This document shows, piece by piece, positions 59,681-64,000 of a DNA stretch of 64,000 bases. Every line of letters begins with the position of its first letter. Position 1 is the first letter of the stretch. The notes beneath the pieces were generated by a model. The model was not told the origin of the DNA, made no database searches, and saw nothing but the letters and a program-made list of their open reading frames with translations. Position numbers and translations under genes: made by a program. Origin of the DNA: Zootoca vivipara (lineage: Eukaryota); assembly GCF_963506605.1 (NCBI RefSeq), contig NC_083289.1, positions 28,396,001 to 28,460,000 of the forward strand. The letters run 5' to 3'.

Positions 59681-62647
59681 TCAGCAGGCAGTGGCCAGAG
59701 AAACAGCAGGTGTGGGCCTTTTTTTAACCATCTGGGGAATGGAAGGAATTGCATACCTTCAGAAGGACATATCCCAGGAGAGGAGCTCCTTCCTCCAGCC
59801 CAGGCTGTGCAACAAAGTGCCCACTTATCAGCTACCCCACCATCTCCTGGGATCTTTCTGTGCAAAGAGGAAACTCCTCCCCCACCTGTAATGTACCTGG
59901 TGGCTGCAAGGGCAATGTGCTTTCCACAGGACTCTGCCCAAAGCTCACTTTTTCAGAGAGGATCCTGCCCCATAGGGATGGGAATTGGGGTGAGAGAGAA
60001 GCAGGCAGAGCCCCTGCTGTGGGGAGGGGGACATGGAGAAAGCCTGGAGGGGGGGAGAGAAGGCCTTGTGTCACAAGGAGGCCCCCACCCCTCCACCAAG
60101 TCCCCAACTTCTCTGCAGACTATTAGGCAGCCTGATGTCCTCCCTCCCACCGACACATACAGGTACTTTCTGCCCTGGGTGATGCCTGGAGGATCTATAG
60201 GTGCCTGTGGGTCAATTCAAACAGCCACTCCAACATCCTCCCCTCCCCCTCCTGTGTGGTGGCTAGGAGTCGCTTGTACCTTGAAGTCTCCATTGTGGAT
60301 CAGGTAGAGGGGCCGGAAAAAGGGGGCCGGGCTGGGGATGAAGATGTCCAGCTTCTTCCACAACCTGCCAGAGGGAAAGGAGAGATGGAGGCCTTATGTG
60401 GGGAGTGCCCAAACTTCATCCCACCCACGGGAGGGACTAGGAGCATGGCCAGGCCTTGAGGCATTGGCGTCTCAGGCTTGCTGCCCAGCAACTGGCTTGT
60501 CCAAGGAACCTCATGGCTTCCCTTTCCAGGGAACTCAGCCACCCACTGCCACAAGCAAGCAAGCCCAGGCCTGGTGCTCTGTAGACTGAGGGAAAGAGGG
60601 AACGGGCTTGGTGGACTTACCTGAGCACGGCTTCTTGGGAGGTGATGCCTCCCCCACCCACCATTTCCTTTCTCTGTGTAGGGTAGGTCATCTAGCTGGC
60701 AAGTGGGCAGCCTGCGGTCACCAGAAGCTCTCAGCAGCCCCACCACCCCAGCATCCAACTCCCACACTCACCTCTGATGCTGCCAGCCCAGGAAGACCAC
60801 AAGAACAACCAATGGGCTGAGCACCAGCAGGAACCACAAGGACCAATTGTCTCCTGCCCTGTCCTCCACGGCTGAGGAAGGAAACCAGAAATATCAGTTG
60901 CTTTCCTTGGTAGTTCCACTGGGGGTTGCCAGGGTGGGCTGGGCTCTGGGGCTCAGTCAGGATGAGTTTCCCTGGAATCATGGCCAGAGCTCCCTCCTAG
61001 GGCAGCAGAGTAACAGGAGGGGGCTACTTCTTGACAGGAAAGAAGAGAGGCTGCTCCTCTGATCTGCCATGGATTCATGGTCTCAAAGGTGCAGAAGGCC
61101 CCCCTGGACTGGGAGAGGGGCTTATGAACGGCCTGTGATGGGAAGGTTCAGCCCTCCTTGTATGGGCAGGGGCCAAGACCCCCTCGTGCGGAGGGAGGGG
61201 GAACTCACCCCTCGGCAGCGTCCTCAAGGTCGTTTTGGGGCTCCAGTCGCTCCAAGTGCCCTGGTATGAGGAGCCTTCCCTTGGCTTTGCCCGAACCTGG
61301 AGTTCGTAGTCTGTGTCCCCTTCTAACTCCTGGGGCAGGAGCCACAAGGTCTCGGTGTCCTGCAGAAGATGGTTGTGTCCCTGCAGGAAAGGGAAGAAGC
61401 CAAAGGGCTGGGAGGAATTCTGGGAAACGCTCCCTACCTCTGCCACCTTCATGGCAATTAAGAGGAGTTACTCAAAATGATCCTGAAATAGCCCCATGGC
61501 TTCCCAGTGCCCCTGAAGCCCAAGTCCAGAGAAGCACTAAGAAACTTTGGGGCTGAGCTCCAGGGTGGCCAGCCAGCCATTGAGGGCCTGACCGGGCAAA
61601 TGGTGCCCGCCGCCATCTAGCTCAGGATGGCCCTTGCCTCCTGGCTTACCTGCCAGGGATGTCCCTTCTGCCGGTAGCGCAACTCATACTGCAGCTCCCT
61701 GTCCAGGTCTCGGTAGAAGTACTCATCGTGCTGGTATATGGTGCTCCAGGAGAGGTTGTAGCCCTCAGGGGAGGCAATAGCCCTCGGGCTGAACGGCGGG
61801 TACGGCTTAACTGGGGAAAGAGTCAAGGTGGGGCTCCTGAGGACATGTGGCAGACAGGACTTGGCCCACACCCACTGGGTGAAGCAGCAATGACACCCCC
61901 AAATCCCCAGGGTGTAGTTGTGGTGGGAAGCCCCTGCAGGGCACGACAGGGGGATGTCCCTCCAGCCTCCAAGTGGAGCAAGGTGAAAGCATCTGGGGCT
62001 GCTGGGGTTGAATGAAAGGCAGTGGGTTATTCATTCATATTCATTCATTCATTCACTGAATACACCGCCCTTCATCCGAAGATTCCCAGGGCAGTTTACA
62101 ACAGAAAAACATAAAATACATAATGGCGGCGGGGGTGGATTGAGAATAACCCCGTCAAAACATTTAAAAGGCCCCAGGTTGTTTAATCAGCCCAAGGTTA
62201 GCTGGCTGTAGGAGCTTGAAAACTCCTTGCCTTCAGCCTTGTAAATAAACCCAAATCTCAAAAAATGCCACCACCACACCCGTAAGTGAGGAAGGGTCTC
62301 TGAGCCCAGCTGCAGCAAACCCCTTTCTCCCTGCGCCAGCAGCCCCTGTGTGTGTCCTCCTTCTCCCAGTCCCACTCATGTGTCCAGACGGGCACAGAGT
62401 CCTGGACCACCCCTTGGGGCTTGGGTGGGTGCCGAGGGGGGGCTACCCACTTACCCCCCCATACTTACTGTGTTCTTGGAAGATAAACTTGTTCTTACAC
62501 ACTTGCCGTTGCTCATCCCCCAGCTTCACGGCCACCTCAAAGATGTTGTTCCCATAGCACATATCCTGCTCTGCAAAGCAGGTGTATCGGGCGGCGGCAG
62601 CACCCTTGGAGGTGAAGGAGCAGTTGCCGTCTTCTTCTCCGCAGTCC
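58758..62647 (-). CDS. IL21R: Interleukin-21 receptor, 3' six coding exons (5' exons beyond the window)
   Basis: Exons 62647-62469, 61810-61650, 61380-61209 (YQGTWSDWS), 60871-60772 (TM), 60364-60280 (Box1 IPSPAPFF), 59612-58758. IL21R signature motifs YGHLSIDTVTV, LDLDTIDSGF.ECDCGSPV and SYVKQWV. Confidence 0.92.
59621..59677. repeat. (GA)n microsatellite forming the polypyrimidine tract of the last IL21R intron
   Basis: ~28 GA units ending ~8 nt from the acceptor AG. Confidence 0.95.
60280..60364 (-). CDS. IL21R: IL21R Box1 exon
   Basis: 85 nt, LWKKLDIFIPSPAPFFRPLYLIHNGDFK. Confidence 0.9.
60772..60871 (-). CDS. IL21R: IL21R transmembrane exon
   Basis: WSLWFLLVLSPLVVLVVFLGWQHQR. Confidence 0.85.
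61209..61380 (-). CDS. IL21R: IL21R WSXWS exon
   Basis: LLPQELE..TDYELQVRAKPREGSSYQGTWSDWS. Confidence 0.9.
61650..61810 (-). CDS. IL21R: IL21R exon, D2 first half
   Basis: IKPYPPF...YNLSW...LQYELRYRQKGHPWQ. Confidence 0.88.
62469..62647 (-). CDS. IL21R: IL21R exon, D1 second half
   Basis: DCGEEDGNCSF...YTC...VCKNKFIFQEH; phases fit the neighbouring exons. Confidence 0.8.
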
Positions 62648-62749
62648 CTGCGAACACCAAAGATGCAAACACCCCACTCAGTGTGGGACAGCCATGGCTG
62701 CTCCCTCCGTGAGCCAGGAAAGTCCCACAGCTGCAGCCATGATGCTCTA

Positions 62750-63084
62750 AAAAGGTAAAGGGACCCCTGACCATTAGGTCCAGTCGCGGATGACTCTGGG
62801 GTTGCGCCGCTCATCTCGCTTTACTGGCCAAGGGAGTCGGCGTACAGCTTCCAGGTCATGTGGCCAGCATGACAAAGCTGCTTCTGGCAAACCAGAGCAG
62901 CACACGGAAACACCGTTTACCTATTTATCTACTTGCACTTTGAGGTGCTTTCGAACTGCTAGGTTGGCAGGAGCTGGGACCAAGCAACAGGAGCTCACCC
63001 CATCGTGGGGATTCGAACCGCCGACCTTCTGATTGGCAAGCCCTAGGCACTGTGGTTTAACCCACAGCGCCACCCGCATCCCTT
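62750..63084 (-). mobile_element. Sauria-type SINE, near full length
   Basis: Reverse complement of the 29.2 kb SINE; TSD ATGATGCTCTA (62739-62749 / 63085-63095). Confidence 0.9.
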
Positions 63085-63099
63085 ATGATGCTCTAGAGG

Positions 63100-64000
63100 A
63101 CCCCAATTGGGGCAGCCGTGGTGCGAGACCCAGGCGCAGGCGCCCTGAGTGGCTTCGTGCAGTCTGTCGGTTCCCGAGTAGGAGGCAACGGCAGTACCTG
63201 AGGTGCGGCCTAGTTTGTGAGGCGCTGCTGAGTCACCCCGCGTTTTCTGCAACATGAGTATTGGCGCCTTGGATCGGAATGAGGAGTTCTATCAGCAGCT
63301 GCGGCTGCAGGAGCTGTACGGCAAGAAGGGCGAGGAAGGCGGCGAGGACCCTTTCACGTACACGGACCCGGCGGACGGGATGCAGTATGAGTGGGATCCC
63401 AACAAGAAGCCCTGGTTCCCAAAGGTTACTGAAGTTTTCCTGGCAACATATCATGCTAACTACAGCTTTCCCACTGAAAGTTCAGATAGTTCATCTGCAT
63501 CTCTTACAAAGACTGAATCTAAAACGCCTACAGATTCAAAGGCTACCAAGGTCAGCAGGCAACAGGTCCAAAAGCATCTCAGGCAACGGATCTTAAACCA
63601 AAAGGAGAGAGAATAAAACCTGGCGCAGGATGGTTTCATGTTGAAGAACATATAAACACAAATGTATATGTGACAGGTTTACCGCCAGATATTACAAAAG
63701 ATGAGTTTGTGCAGGTTATGTCAAAATGTGGTATTGTTATGCGTGATCCACAAAAAGAGGAGCATAAAATTAAACTTTACACAGACAAAGAAGGAAATCT
63801 GAAAGGAGAAGGGCTCTGCTGCTACTTAAAGAGAGAATCTGTTGAACTAGCATTCAAACTATTGGATGAAAATTAAATTAGAGGCTACATATTGCATGGG
63901 GAAGTTGCACAGTTTCAACTGAAGGGGGAGTATGATGCCAGCAAGAAGAAAAAGAAATGCAAAGACTACAAGAAGAGTCTCAACAACAAAAACTTCTGGA
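63100..64000 (+). pseudogene. HTATSF1: HTATSF1 (Tat-SF1) processed pseudogene in an IL21R intron, antisense; runs off the window
   Basis: ATG at 63254, then NEEFYQQLRLQELYG...YEWD..KK.WFPK.TE.F.ATYHANY, GWFHVEE..NTNVYVTGLPPDIT.DEF...GLCCYLKRESVELA, FQLKGEYDASKKKKKCKDYKK. Intronless. Frameshift between ~63480 and ~63560, in-frame TAA at 63874-63876, second frameshift ~63976. Confidence 0.92.

Noticed and set aside
58362-60307. Long plus-strand ORFs (224, 253, 279 aa) including a poly-RE run
   Set aside because: Antisense to the IL21R terminal exon and a (GA)n microsatellite; no independent coding signal.
60621-60711. Possible extra IL21R exon with a perfect CAG|GTAAGT donor
   Set aside because: It would need a 60-nt upstream intron and is 91 nt (frameshifting); the TM and Box1 exons already join in phase.
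1-64000. CRISPR arrays, operons or prokaryotic defence systems
   Set aside because: The sequence is intron-containing vertebrate DNA; the recurring repeats are dispersed MITEs/SINEs with TSDs, not repeat-spacer arrays.

Overview
This is eukaryotic (vertebrate) genomic DNA from a squamate reptile, probably a lacertid-type lizard, judged from the Sauria-type SINEs, L2/CR1 remnants and hAT/mariner MITEs. All host genes lie head-to-tail on the minus strand. In transcription order they are: the 3' six coding exons of IL21R (58758-62647; 5' exons outside the window), a complete IL9R-like class I cytokine receptor (47516-54045, 8 coding exons, 487 aa), a complete PDPK1 (27870-42669, 14 exons, 553 aa, with a U12-type intron 4), a complete KCTD5 (6475-21838, 6 exons, 261 aa), and the CpG-island promoter plus non-coding first exon of an unidentified gene at the left edge. 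A young, disabled HTATSF1 processed pseudogene sits antisense in an IL21R intron at the right edge. The most notable observations are: (1) a cluster of substitutions in the normally near-invariant alphaB/alphaC/PIF-pocket region of PDK1; (2) a candidate stop-containing, NMD-escaping KCTD5 cassette exon that would swap the basic C-tail for an acidic one; (3) a poly-Ser expansion in the KCTD5 N-terminus; (4) an IL21R-IL9R tandem pair with matching exon architecture; (5) a multi-level nested transposon stack upstream of PDPK1. There is no prokaryotic-type system, CRISPR array or RNA gene that I can support. Exon boundaries were read by eye from splice sites and phase consistency, and comparisons to human proteins are from memory.
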